From: Eubacterium sp.
GTDB taxonomy: Bacteria; Bacillota; Clostridia; Oscillospirales; Acutalibacteraceae
Assembly (NCBI GenBank): GCA_017514345.1
Contig: JAFWKC010000041.1
Span: 326 to 64,325 of the forward strand
Direction of reading: 5' to 3'
Length of the DNA: 64,000 nucleotides
How positions within the stretch are numbered: position 1 is the stretch's first letter; each line of letters begins with the position of its first letter. Shown in pieces: positions 18,918-29,045 of this stretch. The translations under genes and the position numbers were made by a program. The notes under the pieces are model-generated. The model was not told where the DNA came from. It saw only the letters and a program-made list of their open reading frames with translations, and ran no database searches.

Positions 18918-19146
18918 TTACGGGTTACGCCATTTAACCGATGGCTTGTCGCCCGCAGTGCTGGGCCAATTCAATTTCCGCTCCATATATTCGGACTTGC
19001 TGATACTACCTTCGGCAAGTTCTTTTTTGCGTAATGCCCATTCTTCAAAGAATTCATCAAGCAGAAAATAGTTGAATTGAACGGATTTATGTAATTCATC
19101 AGGATATTCACTATCTGGAAGAGAGATTGTAAACGCCGAGGTTATC
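18918..19146 (-). pseudogene. C-terminal fragment of an XRE-family IME repressor
   Basis: Startless frame ...LLDEFFEEWALRKKELAEGSISKSEYMERKLNWP...KWRNP*, similar to the C-terminus of 8680-9201 (LNEWNEMKEKLKDGKIDEIQYDNWRYNYP). Confidence 0.55.
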
Positions 19147-19264
19147 TATGTCGTATAACGAAATTGCAGGGAGCGTAAAAACTCCCTGCTATGTACTGTT
19201 ATGTGACAATATTGTAATGGAAACTAATTAACTAATATGTTAAAATGGTATCCGAGGTGATAAA

Positions 19265-19942
19265 ATGAACATCTTTTTACTTGAAGACGATGAAGCTATC
19301 GGCGTTGCACTTACATATTCTTTGCAGAGCGAGGGGTATGATGTTACACTCGCCAAAAGCATTGCCGAGGCTAAAAGCGTTATCAGTAATAATACTTTTT
19401 CATTATATATTCTTGATTTAACCTTGCCCGATGGCAGCGGATACGACATCTGCAATGCGGTTAAGACACAGGGCGATTATCCCGTGATATTTCTTACCGC
19501 TTATGACGATGAGGTTAACGTGGTTATGGGCTTTGACCTCGGTGCGGACGATTATATTTCAAAGCCGTTTCGTCTTAAGGAGCTGCTTGCGCGAATTAAA
19601 TCCGTACTCCGCCGCTATAGTAAAGATAGCGCGGACGGCACGGTGCATATCGGAAATGTAACCGTTAATACCAACGAGGCGAGAGTGTTCAAAAACGGTG
19701 AGGAAGTTATACTGACCGCTATGGAATACCGCCTGCTTCTCACTATGCTCAACAACAGGGGCATCGTTCTCACGCGAAACAAGCTTCTTGAGGACATATG
19801 GGATATCGAGGGCGATTTCGTTAACGACAACACGCTGACCGTTTATATCAAGCGCCTTCGCAACAAGATTGAAGATAATCCGGCAGAGCCGAGCATTATT
19901 AAAACAGTAAGAGGAATGGGATATATTATCAATGAAAAATAA
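19265..19942 (+). CDS. OmpR-family response regulator
   Basis: LLEDD, ILDLTLPDGSG, DYISKPF, winged-helix TVRGMGY. Confidence 0.95.
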   Translation: MNIFLLEDDEAIGVALTYSLQSEGYDVTLAKSIAEAKSVISNNTFSLYILDLTLPDGSGYDICNAVKTQGDYPVIFLTAYDDEVNVVMGFDLGADDYISKPFRLKELLARIKSVLRRYSKDSADGTVHIGNVTVNTNEARVFKNGEEVILTAMEYRLLLTMLNNRGIVLTRNKLLEDIWDIEGDFVNDNTLTVYIKRLRNKIEDNPAEPSIIKTVRGMGYIINEK

Positions 19943-20924
19943 AGAATTGTACATACCGATAATAATATCTGCAATAATTACGGCGGTTGCGGCTGCCGTT
20001 TGCTTTAGTTTCAGCAACTCTGCCGCGCTGATTTGCGCTGCGGTTGGTATTGCAATTATTGCTGTATTCGCTTTCTTCACAATAAAAAGGTATAGGGCAA
20101 TCGCAAATCTTAACGATTACCTTTCTCTTGTGTGCAGCGGAAATTATGACCTTGATATTGAAAACAACACCGAGGGCGAGCTGTCTATATTGCAGAATAA
20201 TCTATACAAGGTTATCACACAGCTCAAAACGCAGAACGAGGTAATAGAAGCGGACAAGCTTTACCTTGCGGATTCGCTTGCCGACATTTCGCATCAGCTT
20301 AAAACACCGCTGACCTCTATGCTTGTTGTATCGGAATTGCTTGAAAACGAGGCAGACCCCGACAAGCGTAAAGAGTTTACGGACATTATCAACAGCCAGT
20401 GCGAGAAAATGAGCTGGCTTATACAGACACTACTCAAACTCTCTAAGTTAGACGCCGGTACAATTGAAATTGGTAGTGATGAGGTTGCAATCCGCGCCGT
20501 GATTGATGAAAGCTTAAAGCCGTTTTTACTCACGCTTGATTTACGCAACATCACAGTTGAAAAGCACATTAAGGATTTTTCTTTTATCGGCGACAGGGCA
20601 TGGAGCGTCGAAGCACTACAGAATATAATCAAGAACTGTATTGAACACACTGCCAACGGCGGAAAGCTTGAAATTGAAACCGACGAAACAACGCTTTGGG
20701 GGCGCGTTATTATCCGTGATAACGGCTGCGGTATTGCAGCAGAGGATTTACCCCACATCTTTGAACGCTTTTACCACGGCAAAAACGCCTCTGCCGAGAG
20801 CGTCGGAATAGGTCTTGCGCTTTCAAAAGCAATATTAAACAAAGAAAACGCCGCCGTTTCCGTCACAAGTGAGGAAGGCAGCGGCACGGAATTTGAGATA
20901 AAGTTTTATAAATCCGTAATATGA
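19932..20924 (+). CDS. Sensor histidine kinase (short intramembrane-sensing type)
   Basis: Two N-terminal TM helices with no extracellular loop; ADISHQLKTPLT H-box, NIIKN, DNGCG, GIGL. Confidence 0.9.
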   Translation: MKNKELYIPIIISAIITAVAAAVCFSFSNSAALICAAVGIAIIAVFAFFTIKRYRAIANLNDYLSLVCSGNYDLDIENNTEGELSILQNNLYKVITQLKTQNEVIEADKLYLADSLADISHQLKTPLTSMLVVSELLENEADPDKRKEFTDIINSQCEKMSWLIQTLLKLSKLDAGTIEIGSDEVAIRAVIDESLKPFLLTLDLRNITVEKHIKDFSFIGDRAWSVEALQNIIKNCIEHTANGGKLEIETDETTLWGRVIIRDNGCGIAAEDLPHIFERFYHGKNASAESVGIGLALSKAILNKENAAVSVTSEEGSGTEFEIKFYKSVI

Positions 20925-20999
20925 CTGAATTGTAATAATAAATTCACCTGATTGTAAGGTACGCGAGTTATCATTGTGTCATCGAAAGGAGATACTACT

Positions 21000-21680
21000 A
21001 TGAAAATTTTAGAAACAGTACATCTTTGCAAAACATACGGCAGCGGTGACACTATGGTTAAGGCACTCGACGACGTTAACTTTTCCGTTGAGCGCGGCGA
21101 GTTCGTTGCGATTGTAGGACCGAGCGGCTCGGGTAAGTCAACCCTCATGCATATTTTAGGCGGTGTTGATAAAGCTACAAGCGGCAGCGTTATTATTGAC
21201 AAAACCGATATTTCAGCCCTTGACGAAACGGCGCTTGCAATCTTCCGCCGCCGTCAGATAGGGCTGGTTTATCAGTTCTATAATCTCATACCTATCCTGA
21301 CGGTTGAGGAGAATATGACTCTCCCGCTCCTGCTCGACGGCAGAAAGCCCGACAAAAGGCATCTGAATAATATAATTGAACGCCTCGGCTTGCAGGAGAG
21401 ATTAACCCACCTGCCCTCACAACTTTCAGGCGGACAGCAGCAGCGCGTATCCATCGGCAGAGCATTGATTAACAACCCCGCTCTTATGCTTGCCGATGAG
21501 CCCACGGGTAACCTTGACAGCGAAAACAGCAGGGAAATCATCTCACTTTTGCGTCAGTTCAACCGCGAGCTTGGTCAGACGGTTATTATGATTACACACG
21601 ACGAGCAGATTGCGCTTTCTGCCGACCGCCTGATTGAAATCAAGGACGGCAGAATCGTCCGCGACGAGCGCAGAATATGA
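21000..21680 (+). CDS. ABC transporter ATP-binding protein (LolD/MacB-like)
   Basis: [26 protein letters not shown]. Confidence 0.95.
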   Translation: MKILETVHLCKTYGSGDTMVKALDDVNFSVERGEFVAIVGPSGSGKSTLMHILGGVDKATSGSVIIDKTDISALDETALAIFRRRQIGLVYQFYNLIPILTVEENMTLPLLLDGRKPDKRHLNNIIERLGLQERLTHLPSQLSGGQQQRVSIGRALINNPALMLADEPTGNLDSENSREIISLLRQFNRELGQTVIMITHDEQIALSADRLIEIKDGRIVRDERRI

Positions 21681-21690
21681 GGTGAGCACA

Positions 21691-24162
21691 ATGAATATTG
21701 TTAACAAACTCACCCTGCGGCATATCAAAACGCACAAGCGTCGCAGCCTGCTCACGGTTCTTTCAATTATAGTTTCGGTTGCGATGATTACGGCGGTGTT
21801 CACAAGCGTATTTTCGTTCGTAACCTTTTTGAAGGACGCCACGCTTGCCTATGACGGTAACTGGCAGGCACAGCTTTTTTATGACGAAACGCCGGATATG
21901 TCTGCTTTCAAAAGCGATGACATAGAGTATTATGCAGGCAAAAACGTTTTTCAGTTCACCTTTGACAAGGATTCAAACAAGTCAAAGGCTTTTGCGCAGG
22001 CGGATGCCGTTGACGAAACGGCTGTTGATATGCGTAATATCAACATTATCCACGGTGCGTTCCCGAAAAAGGAAAACGAGCTGCTTCTTACAAATGATTA
22101 CATCGAAAAAAATAAGCTCGACTGGAAGGTGGGGGATACGGTTACTATTTACTGTCTTGATTACGCCACCGAAAAGGAGAGCTACAGGGATTATAAAATA
22201 TGCGGTATTGCCGAGGGCAACGTCAGCTTTTTTGATAGTCGCGACGGCGTAGTGGCAAACCTTGACGGCGACGTATCCTACGTAACCTTCAGTTATAAAA
22301 CACTCGACAAAACCTTTTATGAAAATGCGGACGCACTGAAAAAGCAGACGGGCGCGGCAACCATTACTTACAACACGGATTTGCTCGATTATTCGGGCGT
22401 TTCGCGCGGCAGCAGCACTATCAGAACGGTGAAAATATTTACTGCAATCATTCTCGCTGTAATCGTATTTGCCTCGGTGTTTATGATTTACGATTCCTTT
22501 GCCGTATCCTATCAGGAACGCGAGCGCTATCTCGGCATGCTTGCATCTGTCGGCGCAACGAAGAAGCAGAAGCGTGCCTCAATATACTTTGAAGGGTGCA
22601 TCCTCGGCGCTATTGCAATTCCGGCAGGTATTGCAGCGGGCTTTGCCGGTATGGCGATAACCTTTAGGAGTATACAGGATGCGTTCCTGTCTACATTTGC
22701 AATACCGATTAAGGATACTCTTAAGGTGCATTTCAGCCCTTACATTATTTTGGGCACGGTCTTGACAGCGGCGTTCACAATCTTTATTTCCTGCTATATT
22801 CCCGCCCGCCGTGCTTCAAAAACAACGCCTATTGCAGCAATTAAAGGCACAAATACCGTCAAGGTTAAAAAGGCGAAGAAGCTCCGAGTTTCAAAGCTGA
22901 CAAGCAAGCTTTACGGCTACGAGGGCGAGCTTGCAGTAAAGAACTTTAAGCGCAACAAGCGCCGCAGTTCAACAATAGTGTTTGCTCTTGTTATGAGTGT
23001 TGTGCTGTTTATGTCCGTCACTAACTTTTCGCAGCTTTTCACCGCTATGGTAGAAATGGAAACCGGCGAGCAGAACGCCGATTTTCAGGTATATGCAAAA
23101 ATTGAGGACAAAGATGCAATCAGGCAATACTTCAACGGCGCTGATATCGACGACTGCGTTTCATACCTTCAGTCAAATGCTGCAATAAAGAACACGGATT
23201 TATTTACCGCAGAGGCAAAAAGTGCCTACGGCACGGATGATAAGCAAATATACTTGTTTGTAATGGATAACAATGCGTTTGACAGTTATCTTAAATCGCT
23301 CGGCGAAAAGCCCGACGGTTATCACAATCCTGACAGTATGGAGGGAATCATATTTAACCGTGTAACTGATACCACCGGTAAGATTTCAAAGGAAGTTACG
23401 GCACTGTCCGACAGCGCGAAAGGAAAAGCACTTAACCTTTGCGTCAAAACGATTGACGAAACAGACGGAGAAACCGAAATCGAAAACGACTTTAACGTTA
23501 CTGCCGGTGTTATGACCGACAAGGAATACGACGGCAAGTTGTTCTTACCAAAGTATATGAACTACCCGTCAGTCATTGTTCCCGAGGATGTTATCAGCGC
23601 TCTTCCGGTGGAGCAAAACGGCGTTGTGTTCAACATTTTCGCCAAAGATTATAAGTCTGAAATGGAAAAAGCGGAAGAGTATTTTGACAGCAAAAATATC
23701 GCCTGCGAAATGGTTGACACCACATCGCAGATTCAGGCAATAAATGCAGTACTTCAGATAATGAAGGTGTTTATTTACGGTTTTATTTCGCTGATTACGC
23801 TTATTGCGGTTATTAACATTATCAACTCTATTTCAAACTCTATGAATGAGCGTAAAACGGAGTTTGCTATGCTTAAATCCGTCGGCGTTACGCCTCAGGG
23901 CTTCAAGAAAATGATTTATGTTGAGAGCATCCGCTACGGCGCAAAATCGCTACTGTGGTCGCTCCCGATAAGTATAGGATTGCACGTCCTGATGTATCAG
24001 GCGCTCACGAACGCAGAGGGCATGCAGATACCGTTTGCAACCAACTGGCAATACTATCTCGCGGCAGTCCTTGCAGTGTTCGTAATCATCCTTGTATCGC
24101 TACTCTACTCGGCAGACAAAATCAAGGACGACAACATAATCGAAAACTTAAAACAGGATTGA
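21691..24162 (+). CDS. FtsX-family ABC permease (duplicated)
   Basis: Two FtsX-like halves (GMLASVGAT; AMLKSVGVT) with large extracellular domains. Confidence 0.9.
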   Translation: MNIVNKLTLRHIKTHKRRSLLTVLSIIVSVAMITAVFTSVFSFVTFLKDATLAYDGNWQAQLFYDETPDMSAFKSDDIEYYAGKNVFQFTFDKDSNKSKAFAQADAVDETAVDMRNINIIHGAFPKKENELLLTNDYIEKNKLDWKVGDTVTIYCLDYATEKESYRDYKICGIAEGNVSFFDSRDGVVANLDGDVSYVTFSYKTLDKTFYENADALKKQTGAATITYNTDLLDYSGVSRGSSTIRTVKIFTAIILAVIVFASVFMIYDSFAVSYQERERYLGMLASVGATKKQKRASIYFEGCILGAIAIPAGIAAGFAGMAITFRSIQDAFLSTFAIPIKDTLKVHFSPYIILGTVLTAAFTIFISCYIPARRASKTTPIAAIKGTNTVKVKKAKKLRVSKLTSKLYGYEGELAVKNFKRNKRRSSTIVFALVMSVVLFMSVTNFSQLFTAMVEMETGEQNADFQVYAKIEDKDAIRQYFNGADIDDCVSYLQSNAAIKNTDLFTAEAKSAYGTDDKQIYLFVMDNNAFDSYLKSLGEKPDGYHNPDSMEGIIFNRVTDTTGKISKEVTALSDSAKGKALNLCVKTIDETDGETEIENDFNVTAGVMTDKEYDGKLFLPKYMNYPSVIVPEDVISALPVEQNGVVFNIFAKDYKSEMEKAEEYFDSKNIACEMVDTTSQIQAINAVLQIMKVFIYGFISLITLIAVINIINSISNSMNERKTEFAMLKSVGVTPQGFKKMIYVESIRYGAKSLLWSLPISIGLHVLMYQALTNAEGMQIPFATNWQYYLAAVLAVFVIILVSLLYSADKIKDDNIIENLKQD

Positions 24163-24186
24163 CACTTATTATTTAGGTCATCTAAA

Positions 24187-24297
24187 TAAGCATTTAGAAT
24201 CCAATTTTTAAGGGTAGCAATGGTATATCATTGCTACCCTCATATTGATGTTTTGAAACGCAGTATTCATGCGGATTTTAGAGTCCCTAAATGCTTA
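24187..24297. other. Structured ~110-nt element (copy 2, inverted relative to copy 1)
   Basis: TAAGCATTTAG...CTAAATGCTTA outer stem; inner perfect hairpin AGGGTAGCAATG/CATTGCTACCCT. Confidence 0.55.
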
Positions 24298-24505
24298 CTA
24301 TTCAACAATATATTGCTTTGTTTTGTCATATCTGTTATAATAAAGCTGCAAATAGATTGTGAAATATTATGGCTGTTATCAAGGTTGATAACGAAATGAT
24401 AACAGTACATCTGCAACTATGAATAATATGGAAAAATCAAATAATCAGGAACAAAAAGAGATAAAAATTCTAAACAAAAAAGTTTAGAAACAGAGTTTTA
24501 TTGCA

Positions 24506-24684
24506 GAATGGGAGTAAGAACCTCGCCCGCTTGCAAAATTGCAGTGAAATTTTGAGCGGGTACCCGTGAACCTTGTTACTCACAGGCTCGTAATAATTAA
24601 TTTGCATAATATTAACTCCCGAAGCCCAGCAATAACGCGGGTTTCGGGAGTTTTCTTTTTGCTATTGATAACAAATTGGCAACA
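24506..24684 (+). repeat. 179-bp direct repeat, copy 2
   Basis: Begins GAATGGGAGTAAGAACCTCGCCCGC, ends TTGATAACAAATTGGCAACA; offset 5803 bp from copy 1. Confidence 0.95.
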
Positions 24685-24738
24685 TAGTGACGCTGTGCTT
24701 TTCTTTGGTTTCTTTTTAACTGCTTTGTATATTAAGAG

Positions 24739-25308
24739 TTACGTTGCTTTTTGTCTTTCGTTATATCCTCCGTCAATAATTGACGGAAGGTTATCAATTA
24801 TAAAACGCTGTGCGGTTTCGCTGTATAATACGGCGTAATACTGACCGTACTGTCCGTCGCGTAGCTCACACGTCAAGCCTATGCTTTCGGCATTTGCAGT
24901 CGGTCGCTTGTGGTTTTTGCCGTTGATTTGTACTACGGAAAGCATATTGATATCAACAAGCCAATTTGTAATTGCTGTTACTTTTAGCTTTTTCATATTT
25001 TCGGGTTTTAATTCATTGATGCTTCTTGTGATGACAGAAACAGTAATCGGTGTTGATGAATACTTGAAATTGGTCAAATCAAGCTTTTGCAAATCAAAAG
25101 CTTCCTGCTTAGGCTTCTTTGGAGCCTTTACTCCGCAATTAATTACTTGTTCAAGAATATCAGAAACGTAGAATAAACAACGTGTTATTTTTACATTGTT
25201 TATGGCATCATTTTCGTCAACTGCTTCCTTGGTGATAGGGTTAATGCCTTTTGCTAAATCGTCAATGTAATCCTTTGCGTGTGAAACAAGTTTTGTGTCT
25301 ATATCCAT
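24739..25308 (-). CDS. Hypothetical protein
   Basis: 189-aa ORF with plausible composition and an upstream GGAG; no motif I can name. Confidence 0.6.
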   Translation of the reverse strand: MDIDTKLVSHAKDYIDDLAKGINPITKEAVDENDAINNVKITRCLFYVSDILEQVINCGVKAPKKPKQEAFDLQKLDLTNFKYSSTPITVSVITRSINELKPENMKKLKVTAITNWLVDINMLSVVQINGKNHKRPTANAESIGLTCELRDGQYGQYYAVLYSETAQRFIIDNLPSIIDGGYNERQKAT

Positions 25309-25345
25309 ATTGACTTCTCCAACATATATAGTGTGATGTTAAATG

Positions 25346-27109
25346 TTATTTTGTTTTTTGCTTTTCTGAAAACGGGAGGATGCAGAAAAGCGGGGCGCAG
25401 AGGACGAGGGAGTATGCGTATCTGAATTCTGCAAATACGGGCGTTGCGAGCATCAACGATGCGAGCACCGCCAGAGGTACGGCGTAAACAACCAGCCTGT
25501 TTTTCATCCTTCGTTGTATCGACATCATAAACGACAGTATCATAACCCAGCTGTATGCGCCGATGCACCATAAAATGCTGATAATCGGTATGTTCTGGTA
25601 TGCGTATTGGATTTTGTTCGTTATGGTCGAAAGGAATGAAAATACCGTTTCCTGTTTTGTAATGCCGATTTCGTTATCGGCAATCCAGGGGTATACCCAG
25701 TATCTTGTGTCGGGATACCAGTAGCCGAAGGTCTGCAAAACCTGTCCCTTTAAGTAAAGCAGCGGGTGCTTTAAGCCTATTGACAGCCACATTTTCAGGA
25801 ACAACAGCTTGTTGTCCTCGATGATGAACGCCGTGTTGTAGCTTCGTATCGCGTTTTTTATCGGGTCGACTATGTACGGGTCGTACGTTTCTCTTATTGT
25901 TTCTATCGGGAGAAGCTGAGTGATGTACACGTACTGCTCGTCGGTGAACGAGTAGCTTCCCGCTGCAGCGGAGCATATGTGCTGTAGCGGAACTCCGACA
26001 GTTTCGAGAATGTCAGCATTTTCGATGTTTAATAAGGTGTATACGGGTACTTTTATTATCGTCGCAACAATAAACGAAGCGAGCATCAGTACCGAAAGCT
26101 TCTTAGATCGTTTGAAAAATGCGAAAAATAAAAATGGAAGCGAAATCAAAAACGCATAGTAGCCGTTGCTCCTGAAAAGGCATACTCCGATTGCGCTGAA
26201 AAATATAAGCGTGCCTTCAAAAGCAGGAAGCTTTTTTGTATTATTGCTTTCAAAATACTTTGTTAGCCGCCACAGTGCTGTTGAAAACGCAAGGACTACA
26301 ATTGCAAAATATATGTCCTTCCACATCGTGATGTTGTAAATCGGGATTATCGGGAAGAATGCGAAAAACAAAAACGCAAGGATTATTGCTGTTTTGTTTA
26401 TTCTGAACTTATATAGCGTTACGAGGAAGTACGATACCGTCAGTCCCATCAGAACGCTTTGAACTACGCTGTATACGGCGATTCCACCCATCGGGGACTT
26501 GAATATCGATACGCCTGCATGGTACGTAAGCTTAACTATAAGCGTGTGCATTACAGGGTGCCAGTTGCACCACGGTGCAAGTCCCGTAGCCTGCTTGATT
26601 TGCTCTATTGAGTCCTGTGTCGTATAGCCTGGAAAGTACGCGAGAAAATATATCAGCCACGCGGCAAGCAGAAATACGAACGAAAGCCAGAATACCTTTT
26701 TGCTTTTTGTTCGTTCTTTTTTACTGTCGATTACTGCGTCGCGGCAGTCCGTTAACTTAAACAGGAACAAAAACAGGACGTAGAAAAGCACAAAAAATCC
26801 TATGCTCGTTACGAAAAAGGTTGTAAGCGTGCTACAGTCTACAGCATAATTACCGAAGGTTAAAAACAGCGCGAATGGTACAGCAAAAAGAGCTGAGATT
26901 ATTTTGTTTCTTCGGCTTTCCTCATTTTTTGTCCGTATAAGCAGGAACATACTGACTGCAAACACGATATAATTTACGATGCTCGTTGACGATACGACAA
27001 GGTGAACCATAAAAGCGCGCGAAATAAAATACGACATTACCGCGCTGAGAATATAGTATATTGTGTTTTGAGTTCTGCTGTTATTCAAAAGGCTTTTTAT
27101 TTTTGTCAT
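25346..27109 (-). CDS. Polytopic membrane protein (DUF6020-like, possible GT-C-type glycosyltransferase)
   Basis: Many TM segments; YFPGYTTQDS, NWHPVMHT, WKD, LFRSNG, FRY motifs. Confidence 0.65.
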   Translation of the reverse strand: MTKIKSLLNNSRTQNTIYYILSAVMSYFISRAFMVHLVVSSTSIVNYIVFAVSMFLLIRTKNEESRRNKIISALFAVPFALFLTFGNYAVDCSTLTTFFVTSIGFFVLFYVLFLFLFKLTDCRDAVIDSKKERTKSKKVFWLSFVFLLAAWLIYFLAYFPGYTTQDSIEQIKQATGLAPWCNWHPVMHTLIVKLTYHAGVSIFKSPMGGIAVYSVVQSVLMGLTVSYFLVTLYKFRINKTAIILAFLFFAFFPIIPIYNITMWKDIYFAIVVLAFSTALWRLTKYFESNNTKKLPAFEGTLIFFSAIGVCLFRSNGYYAFLISLPFLFFAFFKRSKKLSVLMLASFIVATIIKVPVYTLLNIENADILETVGVPLQHICSAAAGSYSFTDEQYVYITQLLPIETIRETYDPYIVDPIKNAIRSYNTAFIIEDNKLLFLKMWLSIGLKHPLLYLKGQVLQTFGYWYPDTRYWVYPWIADNEIGITKQETVFSFLSTITNKIQYAYQNIPIISILWCIGAYSWVMILSFMMSIQRRMKNRLVVYAVPLAVLASLMLATPVFAEFRYAYSLVLCAPLFCILPFSEKQKTK

Positions 27110-27267
27110 ACCATAACTCCTTATGCACGGTATCAATTTTATCATATGCGACAAAAAAATACAAGGCATTATCATAATATATATGATTGACACGGAGAGA
27201 TAATTAATGTATTATATATACAATCTATTGTGGTTGCTACTGATTAATATACAATATGGAGAGTAAT

Positions 27268-28104
27268 ATGGACAAAGGATATCTTACACCCGAGGATTAT
27301 GCAGAGCCGCGCTGTCTGCTTTGTGACGAGCCTTACGGCGTTACGCCCGAGGTTAAGGCGGTGCCGCAGCAGCGAATAATTGAAAAGATGAACGATTATA
27401 TGAGCCGACGCGATTACGCGGGCGCCGAAAGACACCTTAAGTATTGGCTTGAGGAGGCTCGACTCGGCAACGACAAGGGCGGCGAGCTGATGATAAGAAA
27501 TGAGCTTGTTGGGCATTTTCGTAAAACGGGTAACCGCGAGGGCGCGTTTGAAAGCGCAGACGAGGCGCTTCGTCTTATCGGTGAGCTTGATTTTGAAAAC
27601 ACCGTTAGTGCAGGGACAACGTACATAAATATCGCGACGGCGTACAACGCTTTTGACGAGGACGAAAAGGCGCTTGTGCTTTTTGAAAAGGCTATGACGG
27701 CGTATGAGGCAAACGATAATACCTCGCCTGAGCTTCTCGGTGGACTGTATAACAATATGGCGCTGACACTCGTGTCGCTCGGCAAATACGATGAAGCCTT
27801 TGCGCTTTATGACAAGGCGCTTGCCGTTATGGAAAAGGTCGACGGCGGCGAGCTTGAGCAGGCGATAACGTATCTTAATATGGCTGACGCATATGAAGCA
27901 CAGCTCGGAAGCGAAAACGCCGAAAGCAAAATATCTGAGCTGCTTGACAAGGCGTACGACCTTTTGATTAACACGACGGCTCCGCACAACGGATACTATG
28001 CGTTTGTGTGCGAAAAATGTGCGCCGAGCTTTTCGTACTACGGCTACTTTATGGCAGCAGGCGAGCTTAACAGATTAGCGGAGGAAATCTATGAACGGAA
28101 TTGA
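27268..28104 (+). CDS. Tetratricopeptide-repeat protein
   Basis: Repeats such as TTYINIATAY, GLYNNMALTL, ITYLNMADAY; CxxC at both ends. Confidence 0.8.
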   Translation: MDKGYLTPEDYAEPRCLLCDEPYGVTPEVKAVPQQRIIEKMNDYMSRRDYAGAERHLKYWLEEARLGNDKGGELMIRNELVGHFRKTGNREGAFESADEALRLIGELDFENTVSAGTTYINIATAYNAFDEDEKALVLFEKAMTAYEANDNTSPELLGGLYNNMALTLVSLGKYDEAFALYDKALAVMEKVDGGELEQAITYLNMADAYEAQLGSENAESKISELLDKAYDLLINTTAPHNGYYAFVCEKCAPSFSYYGYFMAAGELNRLAEEIYERN

Positions 28105-29032
28105 GTTATCAAGGGCGTATTTTGAGGAATTCGGCCGTCCTATGCTTGAAAACGAGTTTCCCGAGCTTATGCCGTACCTTGCGGCAGGTCTGTTCGGAAG
28201 CGGTTCGGAGTGCTTCGGCTTTGACGATGAAATTTCAACCGACCACGATTTTGAGCCGGGCTTTTGTATCTTCCTTCCAGATGAGGATACTGTTGACCGC
28301 CGCGCTGCTTTTTTGCTTGAACGCGCGTACGCTAAGCTGCCGAAGGAATTTATGGGCTTTAAGCGCGCTATGCTGTCGCCCGTTGGCGGAGCGCGAAAGG
28401 GCGTAATAAGAACGGCTGAATTTTTTGAAGAAAAAATTGGCTCGCCCGACGGTACGCTGACGCCCGAGGAATGGCTGACGGTGCCCGAGCAGGCGCTTGC
28501 CGAAGCGACAAACGGCGTTGTGTTTTTTGATAATTTCGGCGAGGTTACAAAAATACGCGAAGCACTTGCATATTATCCCGAGGACGTAAGGCGCAAAAAG
28601 CTTGCTGGAAACCTGCTTCTTATGGCGCAGTCGGGACAGTATAATTACAAGCGCTGTCTTGACCACGGCGAGGAAGCTGCGGCACAGCTCGCTGTGTTTG
28701 AATTCGTTAACAGCGCAACTGCAGCTATATTCTTATTAAATAATATATATAAACCTTATTATAAGTGGAGCTTTCGCGCGCTTCGTGCGTTGCCTAAGCT
28801 GTCGCTTGAAGCAGAGATTATGGAATATCTGCTGACTACGGGTAACGAGCCAGAAACGGCGGAGGAAAAGTATTACGCGATTGAGGGTATTGCCGCCGAC
28901 GTAATCGACGAGCTTGCCGAGCAGGAGCTGACGGACGCGATTTGCGGCGACCTTGAAAAGCACGCTTATTCTGTAAATGATAAAATCGAAAACGCTGAAA
29001 TACGAAATCTGCACGTCTTAGCGGCGGTGTAG
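28091..29032 (+). CDS. DUF4037-like protein with nucleotidyltransferase-like N-terminal motif
   Basis: GSGSECFGFDDEISTDHDFEPG, ATNGVVFFD, PYYKW. Confidence 0.7.
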   Translation: MNGIELSRAYFEEFGRPMLENEFPELMPYLAAGLFGSGSECFGFDDEISTDHDFEPGFCIFLPDEDTVDRRAAFLLERAYAKLPKEFMGFKRAMLSPVGGARKGVIRTAEFFEEKIGSPDGTLTPEEWLTVPEQALAEATNGVVFFDNFGEVTKIREALAYYPEDVRRKKLAGNLLLMAQSGQYNYKRCLDHGEEAAAQLAVFEFVNSATAAIFLLNNIYKPYYKWSFRALRALPKLSLEAEIMEYLLTTGNEPETAEEKYYAIEGIAADVIDELAEQELTDAICGDLEKHAYSVNDKIENAEIRNLHVLAAV

Positions 29033-29045
29033 CAAAGGAGCATTT

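Larger units (their letters stand above)
18715..24517. mobile_element. Integrase-less genomic island (cis-mobilizable remnant) at the guaA 3' end
   Basis: Flanked by core GAATGGGARTAA, arm-like repeats at both inner ends, XRE remnant, CCGG-containing composition unlike the backbone. Confidence 0.75.

Noticed and set aside
24739-27109. Genes right of the second direct repeat as cargo of a third element
   Set aside because: No further att core, arm sites or mobility genes found, and no CCGG, so they look native or fully ameliorated.
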